Below are positions 35,684 to 48,290 of a DNA stretch of 64,000 bases, piece after piece; the first letter of the stretch is position 1; each line of letters opens with the position of its first letter. Made by a program: the position numbers and the translations under genes. The notes under the pieces were generated by a model, which was not told the origin of the DNA, ran no database searches, and worked only from the letters and a program-made list of their open reading frames with translations. The stretch is from Lama guanicoe (taxonomy: Eukaryota): positions 2,494,524 to 2,558,523 of the forward strand of contig MU053873.1 in the NCBI GenBank assembly GCA_013239625.1, read 5' to 3'.

Positions 35684-37089
35684 GTCTTTCTCTAATACAC
35701 AAATACATCAGATTCAGAAGGCTGACCAGGATTTGAAACCAGAGTTCAAAGCCCTGCTTGCTTATGAGCTGTGAGACTCAAGTGAGTGAGGGCAGCATGC
35801 CCATCCTCCCAACAGGGTAATTATGGGGGGAGTAAGACCTACGGTGCAAGGCTGTGGAATGAAATCACATGTTAGTGGCACACAGTAGGTGCTCAGTTAG
35901 ATGCCACTGTTCTCTTTCTTCTCCTTGAACACAAACCTTCAGAGACTTACAAAAATTCACCAGATCTACTTCAGCCTCTTCAAGACCAGAATTCAAGACT
36001 CACCAAATTTTCCCTGCTTCGCATCTGGCTCCGGGCCACTCAGCCCTCTTCCCATGCTCTAATGTTCCGTGCACTTTTTAACCTCCCCGTTTGCCCAGCC
36101 TGGGATGTCTTTTCCCCTTTTGTCTGCCTTTTATTGTCTTACACTGAGTGGAAGGTCCAGCTCCGAGACCACTGTACCCTCCTGGGCACCTTCTCCTTGT
36201 CCACTGCGGCTCGAACCCAGGACTGGTTATGATGAGAATGAGAAAGCAGGTGTGGAGAGAAACCCAGAGGAATTAAAGGGCTGGTCTGGCCCCTTTCAGG
36301 CAGACATGACCCTAGCCTCAATATGCGGCTGGGATGACACATCTCATTCAACGAGTCAACATTTACTGGGTGCCCACTGTTTGCGTGTCCCTGCCCAGCT
36401 GGGTACAGAGATGTGTCTGTCAAGCTCCTTCCGTTCCTGAAGGAGTCTGATTCAGAAAGAGACCCTCACCAAGCAAGGCCTACGCAGCACAAGTTCTGGT
36501 CATATCAAAGAGGCTTTTCGTCCACTTGAGAAGGCTGCAGGGGTGTGAAGAAATGCCCCCAGAGCAGGGCGGGCGTTTGGAACAAGGGTGCAGGGGTCTG
36601 TCACAGAGGCTGGCCTTTGTGGGATGGGCATTTCCAGACAGGTGACAGCAGGAGCAAAGGCGTGTGAGAGCAAAACATGTTCAGGGCCCCAAGAGTCACT
36701 CAGCCAGACTGAGCTGGGAAAGGAAGAGAGAATAAGAGGGAAGACAGGGTCGGGGTCAGAGAGGACGGGTCAATAGGGTGATTGAGGTGATGGGACTTAA
36801 TCCTGAGGGAGCCACCGGAGACCTGTGATCATAGGGGCATTTTAGGTATCTCTGACTGCACTGGGGAGACAGGGTGGCATGGGGCAGTTTGGGGCTGGGA
36901 CAAGAATGGCATGGGGAGGCCTGGGAGGTGGGAGGGAAGGGTGCTGCAGGGTGTGCCATGGCGGAGACAGACAGGACAGGAGGGAGGCCAGGGGGAGGCC
37001 CCGTCTTGGGCCTCGCCCTTCCCCCTTGGCTGCTGCTGCCTCAGGCATCCAACCACCTCCCCCTTCCTGCCAGCCCCAAGCCTTCTGGC

Positions 37090-37400
37090 TGCACAATTTG
37101 TGAAGAACATTATGTAAATGGGCTTTATGCAAATCCAGCCTCTCTCCCTGCTCGCTGGACTCCTGAACCCTAATTAACTTGCCAAAGCCTCATGTTGCCG
37201 TCCCCTCTACACCAGCCCAGCCCCCAGCCCCCAGCCCGCTCCCCCACCCCAGAAATCCATCTTCAGAGGCAAGCGCAGTCTAATCGCTCCCTCATTTGGA
37301 TGTGCGGGCTGTCACCCACACCGCTCGCCAGCAAGAGAAGGTGGCATTTCAGCCAGTTGACACTTCTGCTTCCGATACAGCTCCAAAATAAATGCCTCTT
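37090..37400. promoter_or_regulatory. candidate POU-bound enhancer
   Basis: ATGTAAAT 37112-37119 and ATGCAAAT 37127-37134, CTAATTAAC ~37170, retained CpGs. Confidence 0.45.
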
Positions 37401-40036
37401 TCTCCCCCACGGCCCCCCCCCCTTCTTTTCCTTGCTTGGAGAATCAGAAACAGCTCTGGGGAAAGTTGATGCAATTTCTCATTATCTTCAAGTCTTTCTT
37501 CTCCCACCCAGCATCACCCTCCCCTCCCCCATCAGAAAGTCAGGACCCAGGACCCTCTCTCCTGCCTCTCCAAAGATGCACCCAGGAAAGGACAGGGGAT
37601 CCATTGTTTTTGAAATCAGAACAGCCAGGATTTTTTCCACTCCTGTTTCACAGAAGGCACTGATTGTGAACTTACGCAACGTTATGTTTTGGACCTCAGG
37701 AGCAGCTCAGCCTCCTGGATTAGAAAGACAGCTGAGCCTAGGTTCAGTGAGCACCAATGACATATCCAGGGTCACACAGTGAGGATGGACTCAAATCCGG
37801 CCTCCTTGTCCCCAAAGCTGGCTTCCTCTCACCTCCCCCGCCCAGCCCAACATCCCTTGTGTCCCAAACAGCTGGGTCTAAAGGAGCTGTTCTCAACAGT
37901 ATGGTGCCTGCTCACTTTCAAGTGCAGAACAAAGCAAACTAAAGGCTTTCCCAGGAAACAGGAAGAATTGTGTTGTCAGCCAGTTCCTGCTGCTGCAGCA
38001 AATTCCCTGGATGCAACTCGAAGGCAGAAATGGGTGAAGGGTAGGGAGGGTTGTCAGTGCCTCCAGAGCTCTGGAGGGCAGAGCAGGCAAGGCATTTAAG
38101 GCTCAAGGTTGTAAAGGAGTTTTTGAAAGATGCAGCATGTAGGATATTTACTAGAGTCTGGTCTGACGATATGGAGGGGGGACAAGCAGAGTGACCATTC
38201 ATTCATTCATTCATTCAAGCATCATTCTTTCAGCAAGTGTTTATTGTCAGTAGTGCCTGGACCGGAGTGGATTCCAAACCCTAAAAAAAAACATTTCTGC
38301 CTACGGAACCTGGTAACCCACCTGTCACCCACAACAGGAGATCAAGATCACCAAACACAAGCAGCCATCTATCACCATGTCTCTCCAGTGGCCAAGTCTC
38401 TCTCCCTCCTCCCCCAACATCTGTGCATATGAATTTTAAAAGGGTCCACATTAGAAATCCCAGAAATCATCTTGTCCCTTCATTTTCACTTCTGAAAAGG
38501 AGTGATGTCTGCCTGTGGTTAATCCTGAGAGGAAGTTTTATCATGGAAGAAGGAATCCTGAATGACACACACATGGGGTTCAAATCGTATGACCTTAGGC
38601 AAGGTACAGCTTTCAAAGCCTCGTTTTCCCGTCTGTAAAAGGGGTATCACAACAGCACCAACCTCACAGGTTGAAGGAGTGACTGAGGAAATGGATGAAG
38701 GTAGCAAATATCACCTTCCGAGATAAAAGTCTGCTCACATCCCCTCTACTGAAGCCATCATCAATTTCTCATTGGTGTTTCAAAAACAAAGGTCAGAGAC
38801 CAGAATTCTTGTAAGTTTTAGGATTAGAACTGTATTACATCAAAGATGCTACTGAAGACGTTTTTAGAAAACATGTTGGTCTAGTCACCTCTCTGAGCCT
38901 CAATTTTCTAGCTATAAAATAGGAATAATAAAATTAGCTACCTCATAAAGTTTTGGGAAGGAAGAGTCAATCACACAATTAGGGCTCAATGAATCCTGGA
39001 CACAGAACACAGACAAAGATATACTCAATTAAATGCAGTGACAGGGAATTCTTTAATCAATTAATTAATTAAAAAGTAATTACCCAGATTGTCTATTAAG
39101 AAAAAAATTTTCCCCTCAGACTTGTGAAAGGTGATTTGAATAGAAATACTGGGTTACGTTCACAAAAAGCTTTTAAAGACTGTAGAAATTAAATGAATTT
39201 GCTTATCCCAGTAGAAGACATGTCTTTCTCTGAAAACAAGCATTCAGACTTGGATAGGTAGCAATTCTTTGTATCTCAAGTTTCCAAGCTCTCATCTTAA
39301 ATAGATAGAAGGCATGGTCCAAATGTCATTCTTGATGACATATTCAATGACAAATGCTAGGATATGCATGGTGCCCTTTATAGTTATTACAGTTTTCCCA
39401 CCCCCTCTGCCACGGAATTTTTTCTTGGGGGCAATGAAATGTCACTACAGATACTACTACAGTTCTAGCTCATGGCCAGCAGTCCACCTCACTCTGAGAC
39501 ATCATTTAGTCCTGTACTGCAAGAAGATCTCATTTAGCATACCAACTCCTATTAACTTATCATTGGAGCCTGAAGTACTGTGTTAAGAAGGATTCTGATG
39601 TCTTACTTGAGCTCAATGCCAAAGAGTGCCTTATTGATTAGTGATGTCTGCTACGGAGGTTTATGGTCAGTGTGTATGTGCTTCATATTTGCTAACCCTG
39701 AGCTAGTACAACCCTGTGTGTGATAGTCAAAGAAGGTGAAGCTCAGAGAGGGAGACTGGATCTTCCAGGGTCACACAGCTATTTAGTGGCAGAGCCAGAA
39801 CTAGATTATCCCCTGGCTCTGTGCCCAGGGCTATTTCCTCTCCATCATAATGCATGCAAGTCCTTAATCAGGACCCAGTGGTATCTATGAAACCACTATA
39901 ACATTTGGCATTTGCTGCACTATTTACTACCCACCCCATATGGTTCCAAAAAGATCTGCAGTGATCACACACCAGAAATACACACAGTTGAGAGAAATGC
40001 ACACGTTAAAGGAGGATTAAAATAAAAACAGACTAG

Positions 40037-40167
40037 CGGGAAGGGTATAGCTCAAGTAGTAGAGCACACGCTCAGTAGGTAAGAGGTCCTGGGTTCAATC
40101 CCCAGTACCTCCTCCGAGCGGAAACCAATGAATAAACCGAATTACCTCCCCCTTATAAAAAAAATAC
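40037..40167 (+). mobile_element. lineage-specific tRNA-derived SINE (camelid-type)
   Basis: A box TAGCTCAAGTAG, B box GGTTCAATCCC, 'cagtacctcc', A tail; TSD AATAAAAACAGACTAG / AATAAACACAGACTAG. Confidence 0.92.
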
Positions 40168-40569
40168 AATAAACACAGACTAGGTAAACAGGCAATGTAA
40201 CCAGGAAAATGAGAACAACAACAACAACAAGAAAAAGAGGGAGCCAAGAGTACGTCTGGCACACAAAAATGCATTCCTACGCCACTGCTGGGCAACTGGT
40301 GGCCGATGCAAAGAAGGAAACAGGAATCCAGGAGTTTGAAGATGGAAAGTTCAGTCAGTTGCTCAAAAGAAGATTTCCTTGATGTTCCTCTGGAAGAAAT
40401 ACCTCCCATAGGTGCTCGTGCCTAAGGAGCTGTGATGTGGTGCAGGACGTTCCTCAAAGACATGCCTCCAAGAAAAGAAGTGATTTTTACACCGCTGACT
40501 CTTGGAATGTCTCTTGGTGAAGGCTGATGATGAGATGTCAAAGTGTGGTCCAGGAACTAACTCCAAGCT

Positions 40570-41540
40570 TTTCTGTCACAGTCGCCAATGACTGCCATGT
40601 TTCCAAAGCCAGCGGTAAGGTTCCATTATTCATCTTGACCTCCTCCAGTCTTTGATACAACTGATGGCTTCACCCTGGTTTTCTGCCACCTGCAGGACCC
40701 CACATTCTCTTGAATTTCTTCTATGTCACTGACAGCTCCTTCTTGATGCCCTGGGCTTAGGTATCTCCTTTCTTCTGATGTCTAAATGTCTCAGGCTCCA
40801 AGGCTCAGCCTGCAGACCTTCTCTTAGACTTATCTGTCCTCAGTTCTTGGTGATCTCATGGCTTTAAAATCATCCTTGGGCTGACGACTTCAAAATTTGT
40901 ATCTCCAGCTTGATCTCTCTCCTAGACTCCAGACTCATATATCCACCTGCCTCCCTGACCTCCCCAGGTGGACACTAATGGCACCTCAGACTTCACACGC
41001 CCATCACCAGAGACTTGAGGCCATACCGTCCTTTCTCCAACCTGTTGCCACACCCCAGTCCTCTCCACTTCAGGGAACAGCAACAGTGATCACCACATTG
41101 CTCAGGCCAGAAACCTGAGACTTGGCCTTTACTCCTGTCTTCTTGTCACATCCAGTAACCAGTCTGTCAACAAGTTCTGTCCACTCAATTACAGACAGTA
41201 TCTCAAACGCAACCCTGTTTTCCCCTCTCTACCACAACCTCCTGGTTTAAGCCACCTTCCTTTTTCAGCTGGTGGACAGGAAATTCTCCTTTCTTACCTT
41301 TCTGCTTCCACTCCTGACCCCTACAGTCTGTTCTCCAGACAGCACTCAGAACAAACACTTTTAAAATGCCGTTCTGATAGATCACTACCTGACTCAAAGC
41401 CCTTTGACGGCCTCTCCATCACTGTGAAAGCCAAGGTCCTCTCAGCCCACTGGAGAGGCCCTGACCCCTCTCCTCACTCACAGTAGGCTCCAGTCACACT
41501 GGGCTCCTGCTGGGGATACTCTCCTCTCAGACCTGTGAAG
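40570..41540 (+). mobile_element. LINE L2 (ORF2 end / 3' region)
   Basis: 'gtatctccagcttgatctctctcctagactccagactcatatatccacctgcc', 'cctacagtctgttctccagacagca'. Confidence 0.85.
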
Positions 41541-41809
41541 GCAGGGCAGACTCTGGGTCACACATTTGCAGTTGACTTGCCTGGAGGAACCCACACTGAG
41601 AGTTTTGCCCTTGAAGGTGGCACATGGAGTCATGTCTGTTCCCTTGGCTGTTGCCACCAGGGATGCCCCAGTGATTTCCACAGCATACCCTTACTCATAA
41701 ATATCTCCCCTTGGTGTCAGCTGACCCCTTGGATCTCACCCAAGGAAATACTGTCATCAAACCCCAATAAATTTCTAAAGCCCCAAGCAGACCAGGCCAA
41801 TTTAGAGCA

Positions 41810-42210
41810 GGTTTTGGCTTTAATAATGTTTTGTCTTAGATTTGGCCCTAATTATAAATCATTTGCAACTGTGGTTTAAACCATAAGCAAATCTTTCATG
41901 GCATTCTTATTATCTACTTAATATCGCAGAGAGAAAGATTTACGGAATCACGTTCTGGGAATTAAGCAAACGAGGAAACTTTTAGGTGAGGATGAAACAC
42001 ATGAAAATTATAGTTTTGTCATAAAACGTTGATTGATCAACGATTATTGTAAAACTGTGGTAACTGGGCTGGCGTCAACATAAATCTGTAATTGGCTGGA
42101 TTTATTCTTTTTCCAAAATACTATATTTCCTACAGTTTTGACCGTTGTGTTAATCTGGTCTGTCAGATTTACTAGTTTTAACTTAATTAACTTCATTTAG
42201 CTTATGCATA
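41810..42210. promoter_or_regulatory. candidate PBX-HOX/MEIS enhancer / CNE
   Basis: ATAAATCA 41854, GTCATAAAA 42018, TGATTGAT 42030, several nGATTTAY, CTGTCA 42160. Confidence 0.6.
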
Positions 42211-42449
42211 TGTGTGTGTGTGGTTTAGATGGATGGATGGATAGATGCATCACTAGTTTCTTGTACTTTTCAATGCTTTGTGTTTTTCTTCAAACCTAAT
42301 TTTTAAAATTGAAGAAAACACACTTAGCTGAATGAAGCCGATCTTGCTGTAGAAATGGGTCCAAAGCACTGCTTTCCGAGTTGTTCTCCTACACGGTGAC
42401 CACACAGAGTCATGATATTGCATCTTGGGAGGCAGGGAGGACTGCAAAA

Positions 42450-42660
42450 AGATCGTGAGTCAAGTTCAAATCTTGGCTCTGCCATTTGCTGGTTGTGTCA
42501 TCCTGAGGAACCCACTCCACCCCTCGTAGCCTCAGGCTCCTCATCTGTAAAACAGGAATAATTACACCTACCTCAGAGGCTACTGCAAGGCTTAAATGGA
42601 AAGACAAAAGTGAAGTGGTTAGCCCGTGCCTTGGCACACAGTGGCTGCTCAGCACCTGCT
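42450..42660 (+). mobile_element. MIR SINE
   Basis: 'gttcaaatcttggctctgccatttg...ctcatctgtaaaacaggaataattacacctacctcagagg'. Confidence 0.88.
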
Positions 42661-43793
42661 GTGGAAGCTCTCCCATCCTCTTCCCAGTCAGGGGTGGATG
42701 TGTGATGTCGGGGCAGGGGGAGCATGCCCTCAGGAATGAAGTCCAGGAAGCATTCTAAACCTCAGAGGCACCATCATAGAGAGAGCTAGTCCTGACACCA
42801 GGGGGAACCAGACCAGACACCAGGATTATCTTCTATTCCAATAGGACAAGGGAGACGGTAGGTCCAGATCACAGCCACACAGGAGCAGACAGCCATATAA
42901 TAATGCAAAATTAAAATAATTATAAAACAGCAGCCCCCACGAATTAACATGCACTTGCTATACACCAGCTTCTATGCTCAATCTTTACATACTTACTTTT
43001 ATTAGAGCTCAGGCAGTGATGACTCCCTCTGAGGTCAGAAAATCAAGATGTCAGAGATGGGACTTGCCCAAGGTCACACTGCAAATGAGTGGCAGAACCA
43101 GGACCCCAAACTCACCTCCTTAAGCTCTGAGCTTTTCTGCTTCCGAGAGTCACTGGGACTGCATCTCCCTTCACCGGCGGCCCTGTCTCTTAGGGGTGGG
43201 TGTGTCCTGAGCTGGTGAGTCTTTCCAAAGCTAACCTGAAAGGAAAGGGAGGCCCAGGTGAGCCATTTTGGTCTCTTCTTACCTAACTGCTGAGGACAGA
43301 GCTGAGAAGTAGCCGGTTTGAGGTGGAAACCCACCCTTCTCTTCCTGCCGAGTATTGCATTGGGGTGGAATTGCACTTTATTTTTCTTGATTCCCACTAT
43401 GTAGCCAGTGAAAAATATTTTCTGAACCTATTCTGAGTCACTGATTCACACTGTCTGTTCTCAAGTTGTCCAGGGTCAGGAGAGTCAACCGTGGCTAAAT
43501 GAACCCAGACATTGGATTTCGCCAAAAAGTAAACACTCTGAGCCATGAAGAGAAAAAAAAAATGTCGGTTTCAAATATAACTTTCAAGTGCAATCTCCTT
43601 TCCTGTCTTCTTCCCCATCACCCCGCCCTCTCCCAATCTCTCCCCCTCCTTTCTTCCTTGTCACCTTGATTTCTCTTCCTCTGTCTTTCTCCATCTCTTT
43701 CTTTTCCTCCCCCTCCTTCTTTCAATCTCCTCTTCTTTCTCCCTCTTATTTCTCTCCTTTGTCTATTCTCTTCTCTCCTCTTTTCTTCTCTTC

Positions 43794-44369
43794 TGTTTTA
43801 AAATATGCCCAGGAATTTGTTTTCTTTAGGGACCATGAGGCCAACAGATCAGGAGACGACTGCCATTGAAAAGACAGTTTGTTGCTCAAGCTCCCAAGAA
43901 GAGAGGCCAAGCCAGGCCAGGCAGGGCCACATGGGGAAGCACCAGAAGGTGCTTCTGGTCAGAGGCAGAAGGAGCAAGAAGAAAGCATTATGCAGGAGAT
44001 CTGATTGTGGTTTGTGCAGGGCAGACAGGCAAGACGAGAGTAAGCTAATTTGAGATTGGCTGCTTTGAACAATTTCAGCAGATTCTGGGCTATAGGGCTG
44101 GTGGTTCCCTGGCTGTCTGGAACCTGGCCCTGGGGTGATTCAGGCAGAGAGATGGTGTCCTGGGCTGCAGGAGTCTGATAAAAGGAGTCAGATGAGTGTG
44201 TGGACGTTGCATTGTTTGGTTTGCACATCAAAGATGTGCTGGAAAGCAATGTTTGTCCCTCTAGGATTAGCTAATCCTGGGAGGGGCAGTCCCTCTCTGG
44301 GTCTGCAGGGCGCCGAGGTGTCAAAGCATCATAAAATAAAGAAAATGTTTAAAAAACATAATTAATACA
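43794..44369 (-). mobile_element. complete ERVL solo LTR (MER54/MER73/MER74/MER88 group)
   Basis: minus strand starts TGTATTAATTATG...GATGCTTTGACA and ends ...TTTTAAAACA; TSD TCTTC/GCTTC. Confidence 0.8.
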
Positions 44370-44734
44370 GCTTCCTTTCTCCCTTCTCTCCTCTATCCTC
44401 CCTTCTGCCTCCCCAAAGCCTGCAAAGAACTTGCCACAACTGTTCAGGTGAGTCATAATAAAGGGCTGGGTTGGGCGGGTGACAAGGAACCAGGAGAGGA
44501 ACAGACAGTCTCCTGCACCACTGGAGAGGCAGAGCCCTCGTTTTTAGAGACTGAATGTGCCTTCTGCCAGTGGAGGGGAAAGCTCCGTTCACCTGCCCCA
44601 CCGGCCTGGCCTCTGCACCTCCGCTTCTTGAAAGCCGTCCCTTGTCCTGACAGTGGTGGCCGCCGTGTCCTTGCCCTCCACTATACCGTGGGCTGGTTGT
44701 TTTGCCCAGGCCTGGAATTACCCAAATCCCCTTA

Positions 44735-45040
44735 AATACATGGCTGCAAATGAGGACACTGGAAAAAAGGCAATAATTGTGACAGTAACTCACGGGGCCA
44801 GGCCTGACACGTCTCTAATTGCCTGCTAAAATTGTCGCTGTCTCCTAAAGTGCAAATTATCACCCGAAATGACAAGAATAATGAATGAGTAACTCTGATG
44901 TAATGCAACAATTAGTCCTCAAAGACACTGTCTAATATGGTAATTCAGAACACCCACTCCTTGTTATTAAGTGCCTGATAATTATTTAATTATCTATCTG
45001 CCAGCATGATTTACTTGGTTTATTTAGCTGCAGATGTGGG
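44735..45040. promoter_or_regulatory. candidate homeodomain enhancer / CNE
   Basis: TGACAG 44780, palindrome GATAATTATTTAATTATC 44977-94, TGATTTAC 45007. Confidence 0.55.
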
Positions 45041-45739
45041 CAGGAGCATTTGGGTTTAAGGTCAGAACGAGCTGGCCCCTCCATCGGCCGCCACATCGGT
45101 TTGCTTGGGTGCTGGAGGCTGCCGCCTGTCTGACGCCCCTAATTGGCTTTGGCAGTCCCCACCCAGAGTCAGAAGATCCTCTCCTATCCGCTCCTGGCCC
45201 TGGCCTGGGGTCATTCGGGGGCCACGGTCTCTACTTGCCTCTTGCCCTGTGGGCCACCGACAAGTGATCAGCATATTTTGGGTAAACGGCTGCCCCACCA
45301 AGATCAAGTGAGCGTTCACTCTGTGCCAGGCTGAGTGCTGAGTGCCGAGTGCGGCCCAAGGATCAGCTCATTCAATCTTCTCAGTAATGCCAGGAGCTAA
45401 AACAACTGGCATCAGCATGTGACAGAGGAAGGAACTGAGGCCTGCACAGGTGAGGTCACTTGTCCGAGGTCTCACAGTGAGCAAGTCACAGGGCCAGGAC
45501 CAAGCTCTCTGTCTCCAGAGCCACTGTGCTCTCCTGGACCCCGACACTGCCAGGGTAAGGCTAGCCCCATAACTACCAGTCACAGCTTATTTACTCCAGG
45601 GCCACTGCACCAACAGAAGAGTCCGTGTCTTGGTCTCCAAGTCACAAAATGACTTATGGGGGAAGAAGAAAGAGGGCTTATGTGTCTGTGTTGACCCAAA
45701 GAAACTAGAGCCAAAGAGTAGAAGTTACTTCAGAGAGAC

Positions 45740-45845
45740 AGTCTTGGGATCTAAAACTGGACCACTTACTAGCTGAATGCACTCAGGCAAGTTACTTAAC
45801 CTCCCAAAGCCTCAGTTTCCTTATCTGTAAAATGGGTGTGATCAG
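45740..45845 (+). mobile_element. MIR SINE core
   Basis: 'ggcaagttacttaacctcccaaagcctcagtttccttatctgtaaaatggg'. Confidence 0.9.
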
Positions 45846-45859
45846 AGTCTCTCCATGAT

Positions 45860-46142
45860 CACTCTGTCAAAAGTACCCCTTCATCATCACCACTCTCCAT
45901 TTAGCATCCTGTTTGTTTCATTTACTAAATGTGTCTGTATCTGAAATTATCTTGTTTATTTATCTAATTATTTCCTACACCTACACACACACACACACAC
46001 ACACAAAGCATATAAGCTCCGAGGGGTACAGGGACTTTGCCTGCCTTATTTATCCATCATATTCTCTGCACCTAGAACAACGCTGTACACAATATGTCTT
46101 AACGGCACAAGACAGGCTCTCAAGAATGAATGAATGAATGAT
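45860..46142 (+). mobile_element. LINE L2 3' end with (GAAT)n tail
   Basis: 'tataagctccgaggggtacagggactttg...cacctagaac...gaatgaatgaatgaatg'. Confidence 0.8.
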
Positions 46143-46394
46143 CAGAAGCCAGGCACATTCTCAGGCCAGCATGACCTTCCCCAAGTGACACTGCAGCATC
46201 TCTGTGCACACAGCTCTCTACCCCACGTTCTGCCCCAGCCATCTGCTCTAACAATGCCTCCATGCAAAAGGCCATGGTGGCTACCACTGGAACTCTGATT
46301 TTCTTGCTTTGGTGCTCCAGCCAACAGGCCCCATGCCTCTAGCAGCTTCCCAAGTCCACATACCTGAGGATAAGTGTGACTGGCCCAGGCCGTC

Positions 46395-46800
46395 TGCAGC
46401 AGATGATCCTGCGTCTCCCACACCCACATTTCTTCAACACTTCCCATTTCCAGGCACATGTGCCCAATGTCCACCCTCCAACACAGGTCTCATTGCCTGA
46501 GGGCTCCCTCTGTCTGCTGGAGCTCTCCATGGACCACACAGGTCAGGCTGTGCTCATTCAGGCTGGGCATCAAGCTCCCCCAGAAGAAGCCTGTGGGAGT
46601 CAGTGGGTAGACAGCCCGGCTCCCTCCCGCGGAGCTGTGAATGCCATACTCTCTCCACCAGATTCCTAGTGGGCTGAAGCTCCAGTTCCCCAGGTAGTAG
46701 GTACTCTTGGCACCCCACTCACATCCCTTGGAAAGGCCAGTGCCTCGGCTCTTGGGAATGTTGACTGTTCACATTCAAGGCTGCACCCTACAGCTAAGAA
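46395..46800 (+). mobile_element. possible LTR16-like ERVL LTR
   Basis: starts 'tgcagcagatgatcc...cccacacccacatttc...cccatttccaggcac'. Confidence 0.45.
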
Positions 46801-48099
46801 TTGCCCTCAGCTAACAAGAGCCACCTTACTGGGAAATGCCCAGGAAACTACACCCTCCTCCAGCAATGTCCCATTGCCACAACTAACTAGTACAAGGGTA
46901 CTAAAGGCCAGCCTCCTAGCTCCAGGGGGGACAACCCTATGGTTCTGTTTAGGCTCCAGAGCTCCTTGGTGGGCAGCTGGAGGGTGGAGTTCAACTGAAC
47001 CCATACCTTTTCCTAGGTCCTCAAAGGCAGGACCATTTCTGACTTGCCGACAAAGCACATACTTATTGAGTTAGCGAATGAATGAATGAATGAATGCACA
47101 AATACACACATTCATATATACATACATACAAAAATGATTGAATCAGAGCCATACATTTGCCAAATCAAGACCAGAATCTGTCTTTTCTAAGTTATCAGCT
47201 CATGTGTTGAAGTGGGAGGAGGTGCGCTAAAGGGAGGGCTGGGCTGGGAGTCAGAAGACCTCAGCTCTTGTCTTTGATTAACTGCGTAACTTGAGACCTC
47301 ATGCTCTGGGTCTCCGTTTTTCCATCTGTCAAATGAGAAAAAGAACGTTTTTCTCCATGTTGTCTTCCAGCTCCAACATAGTATGTGTTTTGCAATATAT
47401 TTTTAATTTTCTATTTTGAAATAATTTTAGACAAGAGAAGTTTTTAAAAGAAAACACACACACATACTAGCACAGAGAGTTCTCATATACCCTTCACCCA
47501 GCTTCCTCGAATGTTAATGGTTTATGATTTTTAAACCCTCAGTTCAAATATCTGGGGAATCATCTTAAGGGTGAAGACGTGGCCAGAGCAGCAGAAAGGA
47601 AGTTCGTTTGAGCAAATGCAGAGTGAAAATTCCCCTGGCTGGGCAGCCCTGGAAAACCAGACAGCAGCAATGTCCCTTCCTTTCGATCTCTCTCTGCTGC
47701 TCATGGTGCGGCCACAGCTTCCTTTTATTTGTGGTCTCTCACCTCCTATGCCATGGCAAACAAGAGACTTTATAAATATTTCAAACACTAATAATTTGTG
47801 CTGGCCCTCCTTAGACTTTTAAATGAATCTAAGAGCATTTCTCTCCAAGGAACCTGCCAAAATGCAGACAGGAGAAAGAAATATCAGCACCAGCCGCGGC
47901 CTGAGATGGGTACCTGATGCAGAGATGGGACCAGGGGCTGTGGCTGCAGGTGTGGAACACGTCTCTCTTCTCCCACCCACATCCCCCACCCCAGCATCTG
48001 TCTGGGGAAGCTATGTCTGGCCAGGGAAATGGCCAGCTCACCCAGTCCACGGAGTCCCACGTTCCAGCTGATAAAGAGAGAAACAGAGGGCTGGTAAAT

Positions 48100-48290
48100 T
48101 CCATGGTTGGTATTTGGATTTGGAATCAGACATTCCTGGGTTCAAATCCCAGCTTGTCTATTCATTAGCTGTGTGGCCTTGGGCAAGCCACTTCCCCTCT
48201 CCAAGTCTTTTTCTCTTTATCTATAAAGTGGATATTGTCAAGATAAAATGAAATTGTGCATATAAAGTACAGAGCCTGACTTACTTATGC
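48100..48290 (+). mobile_element. MIR SINE
   Basis: 'tggaatcagacattcctgggttcaaatcccagc...agctgtgtggccttgggcaagccactt'. Confidence 0.9.

Noticed and set aside
35376..35736. Poly-Lys / poly-Phe ORFs
   Set aside because: Translation artefacts of the poly(T)/pyrimidine tract.
40037..40112. tRNA gene (also 55814-55890 and 60210-60280)
   Set aside because: A/B boxes are present, but the copies are diverged and flanked by TSDs, with A-rich tails on two of them: these are SINEs.
43600..43793. Pyrimidine-rich tract as a splice acceptor or triplex element
   Set aside because: Low-complexity CT-rich sequence flanking an LTR, with no downstream exon evidence.
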